Of a stretch of DNA of 64,000 bases, positions 24,201 to 36,694 are shown in pieces. Below the pieces are notes generated by a model. That model was given only the letters and a program-made list of their open reading frames with translations. It made no database searches and was not told where the DNA came from. The stretch's first letter is position 1. Every line of letters begins with the position of its first letter. This DNA comes from the human T2T-CHM13v2.0 reference genome, Homo sapiens. The translations under genes and the position numbers were made by a program. The stretch is taken from assembly GCF_009914755.1 (NCBI RefSeq), contig NC_060930.1; one strand, written 5' to 3'.

Positions 24201-27200
24201 TGGATAATTGGACCTCCTAGAGGCCTTCGTTGGAGACGGGATTTCTTTATCTAAACCTACAGAGAAGAATTCTCAGTAACTTCTTCGGATGTGTGCATTC
24301 GACTCACAGAGTGGAACATTCCCTTTGATAGAGCAGTTTTGAGACACCGTTTTTGTAGAATTCCCAAGTGGATCTTTAGAGCACTTTGAAGTCTCTGCTA
24401 GAAAAGGAAACATCTTCATGTAAAAAGTAGATAGAATCGTTCTCAGAAAGTGCTTAGTGACGTGTGCGTTCAACTCACAGAGCGTAACGTTTCTTTTGAT
24501 AGAGCGTTTCTGAAACACCCTTCTTGTAGTAGCTGCAAGTGGATATTTGGACCTCTTGGAGGCCTTCTTTGGAAACGGGATTTCTTCATGTAACTCTTGA
24601 TTGAAGAATTCTCAGAAACTCCTTTGTGATGTGTGCATTCAATTCAAAGAGTGAAACCTCCCTTTTCACAGAGCAGTTTTGAAACACTGTTTTTGTAGGA
24701 TTTCCAAGGGGATATTTATAGCGCATTGAGCCTACGGCAGAAAAAGAAACACCTTCCTATAAAAACTAGACAGAATAATTCTCAGAATCTGCTTTGCGAT
24801 GTGTGCGTTCAACTCACAGAGTAAAACTTTTCTTTTGATAGAGCAGTTTTGAAACACTCTTTTTGTAGTATTTGCATGTGTATATTTCGAACGCATTGAA
24901 GCCCACAGTAGAAAAGGAAATAACTTCACCTAAAACCTAGACAGAAGCAATCTCAGAAACTACTTTGTGATGTGTACATTCAACTCACAGAGTGGAACTT
25001 TCCTCTTTGTAGAGCAGTGTTGAAACACTCTTTTTGTAGAAACTGCAAGTGGATATGTGGACCTCTTTGAGGCCCTCGTTGGAAACGGGATTTCTTCCTA
25101 TAACCCTAGACAGAAGAATTTTCAGAAACCTCATTGTGATGTGTGCGTTCATCTCACAGAGTGGAGTCGTCCGTTTGATAGAGAAGTTTTGAAACCCTGT
25201 TCTTGTAGGATTTCCAAGTGGATATTTAGACCACTTTGAAGCCTATGATAGAAAAGGAAACATCTTCATGGAAAACATAGATAGAATCATTCTCAGAAAC
25301 AACTTTGTGATGTGTGCGTTGAACTCACCGTCTTTAACCTTTCTTTTGGTAGAGAAGTTTTGAAACACTCTCTTTGTAAAGTCTACAAGTGGATATTTTG
25401 AGCCCTTGGAGGCATTCTTTGGAAAAGGGAATGTCTTCACGTAAAAGGCAGACAGAAGTGTTCTCAGAAATTGCTTTGTGATGTCTGTGTTCAACTCACG
25501 GAGTTTAACATTTCCTTTGATAGAGCAGTTTAGTAACACTCTCTTTGTAGAATTTGGAAGTGTATACTAAGAGCGCTTTGAGGCCTATGGTAGAAAAGGA
25601 AATATCTTTCCATAAAAGCTAGACAGAAGCAATCTCAGAAACTCCTTTGTGATGTCTGCATTCAACTCACGGAGTGGAACATTCCTCTTGATAGAGCAGT
25701 TTGGAAACGCTCTTTCTGTAGAATCAGCTTGTTTGTAGTTGGACCTCCTTGAGGCCTTCGTTGGAAACGGGTTTTCCTCTTATAAACCCAGACAGAAGAA
25801 TTCTCAGAGTCTTCTTTGTGATGTGTGCTTTCAACTCACCGAGATAAAGATTTCTCTTGATAGAGCAATTTGGAAACACTCTTTTTGTAGAATTTGCAAG
25901 GGTACATTGAGAGCGCTTTCAGGCCTATGGTAGAAAAGGGAATATCTTTCCATAAAAGGTAGACAGAAGCAATCTCAGAAACTACTTTGTGATGTGTGCA
26001 TTCAACTCACCGAGTGCAACATTCCTCTTGATAGAGCAGTTTGGAAACATTGTTTCTGTAGAATCTGCAAGTGGATATTTGGACCTCTTTGAGGCCTTCG
26101 TTGGAAACGGGATTTCTTCCTATAAACCCAGACAGAAGAATTCTCAGAGACTTCTTTGTGATGTGTGAATTCAACTCACAGTGTGGATGCTTCCTTTTGA
26201 TAGAGCAGTTTTGAAACACTGTTTTTGTAGTATTTCCAAGCGGATATTTGGAACGCCTTGAAGCTTATGGTAGAAAAGGAAATATCTTCCCATAAAACCT
26301 AGACAGAACCAATCTCAGAAACGACTTTGTGATGTCTGCATTCAACTCACAGAGTTGAACATTTCTCTTGATAGAGCAGTTTTGAAACCCTCTTTCTGAA
26401 GGATCTGCAAGTGGATATTTGGAACTCCTTTGGGTCTTGGTAGGAAACGGGATTTCTTCGTATAAATCTAGACAGAAGAATTCTCCGAAACTTCTTTGGT
26501 TGTGTGCATTCAAGTCACAGAGTGGAACCTTCCTTTGGGTAGAGCAGTTTGAAACGCTGTGGTTGTAGTATTTCCAAGCGGATATTAGAGCGCCTTGAAG
26601 CCTATGGTAGAAAAGGAAATATCTTCCCATAAAACCTAGACGGAAGCAATCTCAGAAACTACTGTGTGATGGCTGCATTCCACACACACGGTGGAACATT
26701 TCTCTTCATAGAGCAGTTTTGAAACACTCTTTCTGTAGAATCTGCAAGTGGATAATTGGACCGCCTTGAGGCCTTCGTTGGAAACGGGATTTCTTCATGT
26801 TACTCTAGAGAGAAGAATTCTCAAACACTACTATGTGATGTGTGCATTCAAGTCACAGAGTGCAACATTCCTCTTGACAGAGCAGTTGGGAAACACTCCT
26901 TTTGTAGAATTTGCAATGGGATATTTGGACTTCTTTGAGGCCTTCGTTGGAAACGGGATTTCTTCGTATAAATCTAGACAGAAGAATTCTTAGAAACTTC
27001 TTTGTGATGTGTGCATTCAACTCAGCGAGTGGCACCTTCCTTTGGATACAGCAGTTTTGAAACACTGTTTTTGTAGTATTTCCAAGCGGATATTTAGAGC
27101 GCCTTGAAGCCTACGCTAGAAATGGAAATATCTCCCCATAAAGCCAAGACAGAAGCAATCTCAGAAACTAATGTGTGATGGCTGCATTCCACACACACGG

Positions 27201-30200
27201 TGGACCATTTCTCTTGATAGAGCAGTTCTGAAACACTCTTTCTGTAGAATCTGCAAGTGGAGAATTGGACCTCCTAGAGGCCTTCGTTGGAAAGGGGATT
27301 TCTTCATCTAAACCTACAGAGAAGAATTCTCAGTATCTTCTTCGGATGTGTGCATTCGACTGACAGAGTGGAATATTCCCTTTGATAGAGCAGTTTTGAG
27401 ACTCCGTTTTTGTAGAATTCCCAATTGGATATTTAGAGCACTTTGAAGTCTCTGCTAGAAAAGGAAACATCTTCATGTAAAAAGTAGATAGAATCGTTCT
27501 CAGAAAGTGCTTAGTGACGTGTGTGTTCAACTCACAGAGTGTAACGTTTCTTTTGATATAGCGTTTCTGAAACACTCTTCTTGTAGTAGCTGCAAGTGGA
27601 TATTTGGACCTATTGGAGGCCTTCTTTGGAAACGGGATTTCTTCATGTAACTCTAGATTGAAGAATTCTCAGAAACTCCTGTGTGATGTGTGCATTCAAT
27701 TCAAAGAGTGAAACCTCCCTTTTCACAGAGCAGTTTTGAAACACTGTTTTTGTAGGATTTCCAAGGGGATATTTATAGCGCATTGAGCCTACGGCAGAAA
27801 AAGAAAAACCTTCCTATGAAAACTAGACAGAATAATTCTCAGAATCTGCTTTGCGATGTGTGCGTTCAACTCACAGAGTAAAACTTTTCTTTTGATAGAG
27901 CAGTTTTGAAACACTCTTTTTGTAGTATTTGCATGGGTATATTTAGAGCGCGTTGAAGCCCACAGTAGAAAAGGAAATAACTTCACCTAAAACCTAGACA
28001 GAAGCAATCTCAGAAACTTCTTTGTGATGTGTACATTCAACTCACTGAGTGGAACTTTCCTCTTTATAGAGCAGTGTTGAAACACTCTTTTTGTAGAAAC
28101 TGCAAGTGGATATGTGGACCTCTTTGTGGCCCTCGTTGGAAACGGGACTTCTTCCTGTAACCCTAGACAGAAGAATTTTCAGAAACCTCATTGTGATGTG
28201 TGCGTTCATCTCACAGAGTGGAGTCTTCCGTTTGATAGAGAAGTTTTGAAACCCTGTTCTTGTAGGATTTCCAAGTGGATATTTAGACCACTTTGAAGCC
28301 TATGATAGAAAAGGAAACATCTTCATGGAAAACATAGACAGAATCATTCTCAGAAACACCTTTGTGATGTGTGCGTTGAACTCACCATCTTTAACCTTTC
28401 TTTTGGTAGAGAAGTTTTGAAACACTCTCTTTGTAAAGTCTACAAGTGGATATTTTGAGCCCTTGGAGGCATTCTTTGGAAAAGGGAATGTCTTCACATA
28501 AAAGGCAGACAGAAGTGTTCTCAGAAACTGCTTTGTGATGTCTGTGTTCAACTCACAGAGTTTAACATTTCCTTTGATAGAGCAGTTTAGTAACACTCTC
28601 TTTGTAGAATTTGGAAGTGTATATTAAGAGCGCTTTGAGGCCTATGGTAGAAAAGGAAATATCTTTCCATAAAAGCTAGAGAGAAGCAATCTCAGAAACT
28701 CCTTTGTGATGTGTGCATTCAACTCACCGAGTGGAACATTCCTCTTGATAGAGCAGTTTGGAAACGCTCTTTCTGTAGAATCAGCTTGTTTGTATTTGGA
28801 CCTCCTTGAGGCCTTCGTTGGAAACGGGTTTTCATCTTATAAACCCAGACAGAAGAATTCTCAGAGTCTTCTTTGTGAGGTGTGCTTTCAACTCACCAAG
28901 ATTAAAAGATTTCTCTTGATAGAGCAATTTGGAAACACTCTTTTTGTAGAATTTGCAAGGGTACATTGAGAGCGCTTTAAGGCCTATGGTAGAAAAGGAA
29001 ATATCTTTCCATAAAAGGTAGACAGAAGCAATCTCAGAAACTACTTTGTGATGTGTGCATTCAACTCACCGAGTGCAACATTCCTCTTGATAGAGCAGTT
29101 TGGAAACATTGTTTCTGTAGAATCTGCAAGTGGATATTTGGACCTCTTTGAGGCCTTCGTTGGAAACGGGATTTCTTCCTATAAACCCAGACAGAAGAAT
29201 TCTCAGAGACTTCTTTGTGATGTGTGAATTCAACTCACAGTGTGGATCCTTCCTTTCGATAGAGCGGTTTTGAAACACTGTTTTTGTAGTATTTCCAAGC
29301 GGATATTTGGAACGCCTTGAAGCGTATGGTAGAAAAGGAAATATCTTCCCATAAAACCTAGACAGAACCAATCTCAGAAACGACTTTGTGATGTCTGCAT
29401 TCAACTCACAGAGTTGAACATTTCTCTTGATAGAGCAGTTTTGAAACCCTCTTTCTGAAGGATCTGCAAGTGGATATTTGGAACTCCTTTGGGTCTTCGT
29501 AGGAAACGGGACTTCTTCGTATAAATCTAGACAGAAGAATTCTCCGAAACTTCTTTGGTTGTGTGCATTCAAGTCACAGAGTGGAACCTTCCTTTGGGTA
29601 GAGCAGTTTGAAACGCTGTGGTTGTAGTATTTCCAAGCGGATATTAGAGCGCCTTGAAGCCTATGGTAGAAAAGGAAATATCTTCCCATAAAACCTAGAC
29701 GGAAGCAATCTCAGAAACTACTGTGTGATGGCTGCATTCCACACACACGGTGGAACATTTCTCTTGATAGAGCAGTTTTGAAACACCCTTTCTGTAGAAT
29801 CTGCAAGTGGATAATTGGACCGCCTTGAGGCCTTCGTTGGAAACGGGATTTCTTCATGTTACTCTAGAGAGAAGAATTCTCAAACACTACTATGTGATGT
29901 TTGCATTCAAGTCACAGAGTGCAACATTCCTCTTGACAGAGCAGTTGGGAAACACTCCTTTTGTAGAATTTGCAGTGGGATATTTGGACTTCTTTGAGGC
30001 CTTCGTTGGAAACGGGATTTCTTCGTATAAATCTAGACAGAAGAATTCTCAGAAACTTCTTTGTGATGTGTGCATTCAACTCAGCGAGTGGCACCTTCCT
30101 TTCGATACAGCAGTTTTGAAACACTGTTTTTGTAGTATTTCCAAGCGGATATTTAGAGCGCCTTGAAGCCTACACTAGAAATGGAAATATCTCCCCATAA

Positions 30201-33200
30201 AGCCAAGACAGAAGCAATCTCAGAAACTAATGTGTGATGGCTGCATTCCACACACACGGTGGACCATTTCTCTTGATAGAGCAGTTTTGAAACACTCTTT
30301 CTGTAGAATCTGCAAGTGGATAATTGGACCTCCTAGAGGCCTTCGTTGGAGACGGGATTTCTTTATCTAAACCTACAGAGAAGAATTCTCAGTAACTTCT
30401 TCGGATGTGTGCATTCGACTCACAGAGTGGAACATTCCCTTTGATAGAGCAGTTTTGAGACACCGTTTTTGTAGAATTCCCAAGTGGATCTTTAGAGCAC
30501 TTTGAAGTCTCTGCTAGAAAAGGAAACATCTTCATGTAAAAAGTAGATAGAATCGTTCTCAGAAAGTGCTTAGTGACGTGTGCGTTCAACTCACAGAGCG
30601 TAACGTTTCTTTTGATAGAGCGTTTCTGAAACACCCTTCTTGTAGTAGCTGCAAGTGGATATTTGGACCTCTTGGAGGCCTTCTTTGGAAACGGGATTTC
30701 TTCATGTAACTCTTGATTGAAGAATTCTCAGAAACTCCTTTGTGATGTGTGCATTCAATTCAAAGAGTGAAACCTCCCTTTTCACAGAGCAGTTTTGAAA
30801 CACTGTTTTTGTAGGATTTCCAAGGGGATATTTATAGCGCATTGAGCCTACGGCAGAAAAAGAAACACCTTCCTATAATAACTAGACAGAATAATTCTCA
30901 GAATCTGCTTTGCGATGTGTGCGTTCAACTCACAGAGTAAAACTTTTCTTTTGATAGAGCAGTTTTGAAACACTCTTTTTGTAGTATTTGCATGTGTATA
31001 TTTCGAACGCATTGAAGCCCACAGTAGAAAAGGAAATAACTTCACCTAAAACCTAGACAGAAGCAATCTCAGAAACTACTTTGTGATGTGTACATTCAAC
31101 TCACAGAGTGGAACTTTCCTCTTTGTAGAGCAGTGTTGAAACACTCTTTTTGTAGAAACTGCAAGTGGATATGTGGACCTCTTTGAGGCCCTCGTTGGAA
31201 ACGGGATTTCTTCCTATAACCCTAGACAGAAGAATTTTCAGAAACCTCATTGTGATGTGTGCGTTCATCTCACAGAGTGGAGTCGTCCGTTTGATAGAGA
31301 AGTTTTGAAACCCTGTTCTTGTAGGATTTCCAAGTGGATATTTAGACCACTTTGAAGCCTATGATAGAAAAGGAAACATCTTCATGGAAAACATAGATAG
31401 AATCATTCTCAGAAACAACTTTGTGATGTGTGCGTTGAACTCACCGTCTTTAACCTTTCTTTTGGTAGAGAAGTTTTGAAACACTCTCTTTGTAAAGTCT
31501 ACAAGTGGATATTTTGAGCCCTTGGAGGCATTCTTTGGAAAAGGGAATGTCTTCACGTAAAAGGCAGACAGAAGTGTTCTCAGAAATTGCTTTGTGATGT
31601 CTGTGTTCAACTCACGGAGTTTAACATTTCCTTTGATAGAGCAGTTTAGTAACCCTCTCTTTGTAGAATTTGGAAGTGTATACTAAGAGCGCTTTGAGGC
31701 CTATGGTAGAAAAGGAAATATCTTTCCATAAAAGCTAGACAGAAGCAATCTCAGAAACTCCTTTGTGATGTCTGCATTCAACTCACGGAGTGGAACATTC
31801 CTCTTGATAGAGCAGTTTGGAAACGCTCTTTCTGTAGAATCAGCTTGTTTGTAGTTGGACCTCCTTGAGGCCTTCGTTGGAAACGGGTTTTCCTCTTATA
31901 AACCCAGACAGAAGAATTCTCAGAGTCTTCTTTGTGATGTGTGCTTTCAACTCACCGAGATAAAGATTTCTCTTGATAGAGCAATTTGGAAACACTCTTT
32001 TTGTAGAATTTGCAAGGGTACATTGAGAGCGCTTTCAGGCCTATGGTAGAAAAGGGAATATCTTTCCATAAAAGGTAGACAGAAGCAATCTCAGAAACTA
32101 CTTTGTGATGTGTGCATTCAACTCACCGAGTGCAACATTCCTCTTGATAGAGCAGTTTGGAAACATTGTTTCTGTAGAATCTGCAAGTGGATATTTGGAC
32201 CTCTTTGAGGCCTTCGTTGGAAACGGGATTTCTTCCTATAAACCCAGACAGAAGAATTCTCAGAGACTTCTTTGTGATGTGTGAATTCAACTCACAGTGT
32301 GGATGCTTCCTTTTGATAGAGCAGTTTTGAAACACTGTTTTTGTAGTATTTCCAAGCGGATATTTGGAACGCCTTGAAGCTTATGGTAGAAAAGGAAATA
32401 TCTTCCCATAAAACCTAGACAGAACCAATCTCAGAAACGACTTTGTGATGTCTGCATTCAACTCACAGAGTTGAACATTTCTCTTGATAGAGCAGTTTTG
32501 AAACCCTCTTTCTGAAGGATCTGCAAGTGGATATTTGGAACTCCTTTGGGTCTTGGTAGGAAACGGGATTTCTTCGTATAAATCTAGACAGAAGAATTCT
32601 CCGAAACTTCTTTGGTTGTGTGCATTCAAGTCACAGAGTGGAACCTTCCTTTGGGTAGAGCAGTTTGAAACGCTGTGGTTGTAGTATTTCCAAGCGGATA
32701 TTAGAGCGCCTTGAAGCCTATGGTAGAAAAGGAAATATCTTCCCATAAAACCTAGACGGAAGCAATCTCAGAAACTACTGTGTGATGGCTGCATTCCACA
32801 CACACGGTGGAACATTTCTCTTCATAGAGCAGTTTTGAAACACTCTTTCTGTAGAATCTGCAAGTGGATAATTGGACCGCCTTGAGGCCTTCGTTGGAAA
32901 CGGGATTTCTTCATGTTACTCTAGAGAGAAGAATTCTCAAACACTACTATGTGATGTTTGCATTCAAGTCACAGAGTGCAACATTCCTCTTGACAGAGCA
33001 GTTGGGAAACACTCCTTTTGTAGAATTTGCAATGGGATATTTGGACTTCTTTGAGGCCTTCGTTGGAAACGGGATTTCTTCGTATAAATCTAGACAGAAG
33101 AATTCTTAGAAACTTCTTTGTGATGTGTGCATTCAACTCAGCGAGTGGCACCTTCCTTTGGATACAGCAGTTTTGAAACACTGTTTTTGTAGTATTTCCA

Positions 33201-33637
33201 AGCGGATATTTAGAGCGCCTTGAAGCCTACGCTAGAAATGGAAATATCTCCCCATAAAGCCAAGACAGAAGCAATCTCAGAAACTAATGTGTGATGGCTG
33301 CATTCCACACACACGGTGGACCATTTCTCTTGATAGAGCAGTTCTGAAACACTCTTTCTGTAGAATCTGCAAGTGGAGAATTGGACCTCCTAGAGGCCTT
33401 CGTTGGAAAGGGGATTTCTTCATGTAAACCTACAGAGAAGAATTCTCAGCATCTTCTTCGGATGTGTGCATTCGACTGACAGAGAGGAATATTCCCTTTG
33501 ATAGAGCAGTTTTGAGACTCCGTTTTTGTAGAATTCCCAATTGGATATTTAGAGCACTTTGAAGTCTCTGCTAGAAAAGGAAACATCTTCATGTAAAAAG
33601 TAGATAGAATCGTTCTCAGAAAGTGCTTAGTGACGTG
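15290..33637 (+). repeat. Three tandem copies of a 6116-bp two-HOR unit (A 3059 bp + B 3057 bp)
   Basis: Unit lengths and diagnostic SNVs alternate. For example, GGATGC occurs at 20069, 26185 and 32301, and AAGCTT at 20145, 26261 and 32377. Confidence 0.93.
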
Positions 33638-36600
33638 TGTGTTCAACTCACAGAGTGTAACGTTTCTTTTGATAGAGCGTTTCTGAAACACTCTTCTTGT
33701 AGTAGCTGCAAGTGGATATTTGGACCTATTGGAGGCCTTCTTTGGAAACGGGATTTCTTCATGTAACTCTAGATTGAAGAATTCTCAGAAACTCCTGTGT
33801 GATGTGTGCATTCAATTCAAAGAGTGAAACCTCCCTTTTCACAGAGCAGTTTTGAAACACTGTTTTTGTAGGATTTCCAAGGGGATATTTATAGCGCATT
33901 GAGCCTACGGCAGAAAAAGAAAAACCTTCCTATGAAAACTAGACAGAATAATTCTCAGAATCTGCTTTGCGATGTGTGCGTTCAACTCACAGAGTAAAAC
34001 TTTTCTTTTGATAGAGCAGTTTTGAAACACTCTTTTTGTAGTATTTGCATGTGTATATTTAGAGCGCATTGAAGCCCACAGTAGAAAAGGAAATAACTTC
34101 ACCTAAAACCTAGACAGAAGCAATCTCAGAAACTACTTTGTGATGTGTACATTCAACTCACAGAGTGGAACTTTCCTCTTTATAGAGCAGTGTTGAAACA
34201 CTCTTTTTGTAGAAACTGCAAGTGGATATTTGGACCTCTTTGAGGCCTTCGTTGGAAACGGCATTTCTTCCTATAACCCTAGACAGAAGAATTTTCAGAA
34301 ACCTCATTGTGATGTGTGCGTTCATCTCACAGAGTGGAGTCTTCCGTTTGATAGAGAAGTTTTGAAACCCTGTTCTTGTAGGATTTCCAAGTGGATATTT
34401 AGACCACTTTGTAGCCTATGATAGAAAAGGAAACATCTTCATGGAAAACATAGATAGAATCATTCTCAGAAACAACTTTGTGATGTGTGCGTTGAACTCA
34501 CCGTCTTTAACCTTTCTTTTGGTAGAGAAGTTTTGAAACACTCTCTTTGTAAAGTCTACAAGTGGATATTTTGAGCCCTTGGAGGCATTCTTTGGAAAAG
34601 GGAATGTCTTCACATAAAAGGCAGACAGAAGTGTTCTCAGAAACTGCTTTGTGATGTCTGTGTTCAACTCACAGAGTTTAACATTTCCTTTGATAGAGCG
34701 GTTTAGTAACCCTTTCTTTGTAGAATTTGGAAGTGTATACTAAGAGCGCTTTGAGGCCTATGGTAGAAAAGGAAATATCTTTCCATAAAAGCTAGACAGA
34801 AGCAATCTCAGAAACTCTTTTGTGATGTCTGCATTCAACTCACCGAGTCGAACATTCCTCTTGATAGAGCAGTTTGGAAAGACTCTTTCTGTAGAATCAC
34901 CTTGTTTGTAGTTGGACCTCCTTGAGGCCTTCGTTGGAAACGGGTTTTCCTCTTATAAACCCAGACAGAAGAATTCTGAGGGTCTTCTTTGTGATGTGTG
35001 CTTTCAACTCACCGAGATAAAGATTTCTCTTGATAGAGCAATTTGGAAACACTCTCTTTGTAGAATTTGCAAGGGTACATTGAGAGCGCTTTCAGGCCTA
35101 TGGTAGAAAAGGGAATATCTTTCCGTAAAAGGTAGACAGAAGCAATCTCAGAAACTACTTTGTGATGTGTGCATTCAACTCACCGAGTGCAACATTCCTC
35201 TTGATAGAGCAGTTTGGAAACATTGTTTCTGTAGAATCTGCAAGTGGATATTTGGACCTCTTTGAGGCCTTCGTTGGAAACGGGATTTCTTCCTATAAAC
35301 CCAGACAGAAGAATTCTCAGAGACTTCTTTGTGATGTGTGAATTCAACTCACAGTGTGGATCCTTCCTTTTGATAGAGCAGTTTTGAAACACTGTTTTTG
35401 TAGTATTTCCAAGCGGATATTTGGAACGCCTTGAAGCGTATGGTAGAAAAGGAAATATCTTCCCATAAAACCTAGACAGAACCAATCTCAGAAACGACTT
35501 TGTGATGTCTGCATTCAACTCACAGAGTTGAACATTTCTCTTGATAGAGCAGTTTTGAAACCCTCTTTCTGAAGGATCTGCAAGTGGATATTTGGAACTC
35601 CTTTGGGTCTTCTTTGGAAACGGGATTTCTTCGTATAAATCCAGACAGAAGAATTCTCCGAAACTTCTTTGGTTGTGTGCATTCAAGCCACAGAGTGGAA
35701 CCTTCCTTTGGATAGAGCAGTTTGAAACGCTGTGGTTGTAGTATTTCCAAGCGGATATTAGAGCGCCTTGAAGCCTATGGTAGAAAAGGAAATATCTTCC
35801 CATAAAACCTAGACGGAAGCAATCTCAGAAACTACTGTGTGATGGCTGCATTCCACACACACGGTGGAACATTTCTCTTGATAGAGCAGTTTTGAAACAC
35901 TCTTTCTGTAGAATCTGCAAGTGGATAATTGGACCGCCTTGAGGCCTTCGTTGGAAACGGGATTTCTTCATGTTACTCTAGATAGAAGAATTCTCAAACA
36001 CTGCTATGTGATGTTTGCATTCAAGTCACAGAGTGCAACATTCCTCTTGGTAGAGCAGTTGGGAAACACTCCTTTTGTAGAATCTGCAATGGGATATTTG
36101 GACTTCTTTGAGGCCTTCGTTGGAAACGGGATTTCTTCGTATGAATCTAGACAGAAGAATTCTCAGAAACTTCCTTGTGATGTGTGCATTCAACTCAGCG
36201 AGTGGCACCTTCCTTTGGATACAGCAGTTTTGAAACACTGTTTTTGTAGTATTTCCAAGCGGATATTTAGAGCGCCTTGAAGCCTACGCTAGAAATGGAA
36301 ATATCTCCCCATAAAACCAAGACAGAAGCAATCTCAGAAACTAATGTGTGATGGCTGCATTCCACACACACGGTGGACCATTTCTCTTGATAGAGCAGTT
36401 TTGAAACACTCTTTCTATAGAATCTGCAAGTGGATAATTGGACCTCCTAGAGGCCTTCGTTGGAAACGGGATTTCTTCATCTAAACCTACAGAGAAGAAT
36501 TCTCAGTAACTTCTTCGGATGTGTGCATTCGACTCACAGAATGGAACATTCCCTTTGATAGAGCAGTTTTGAGACACCGTTTTTGTAGAATTCCCAAGTG

Positions 36601-36694
36601 GATATTTAGAGCACTTTGAAGTCTCTGCTAGAAAAGGAAACATCTTCATGTAAAAAGTAGATAGAATCGTTCTCAGAAAGTGCTTAGTGTCGTG
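33638..36694 (+). repeat. HOR copy 12, chimeric transition unit between the two haplotype domains
   Basis: A-type alleles run to 33934 and non-A alleles start from 34052. The middle is rich in private SNVs, and the last third carries right-domain alleles. Confidence 0.82.
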
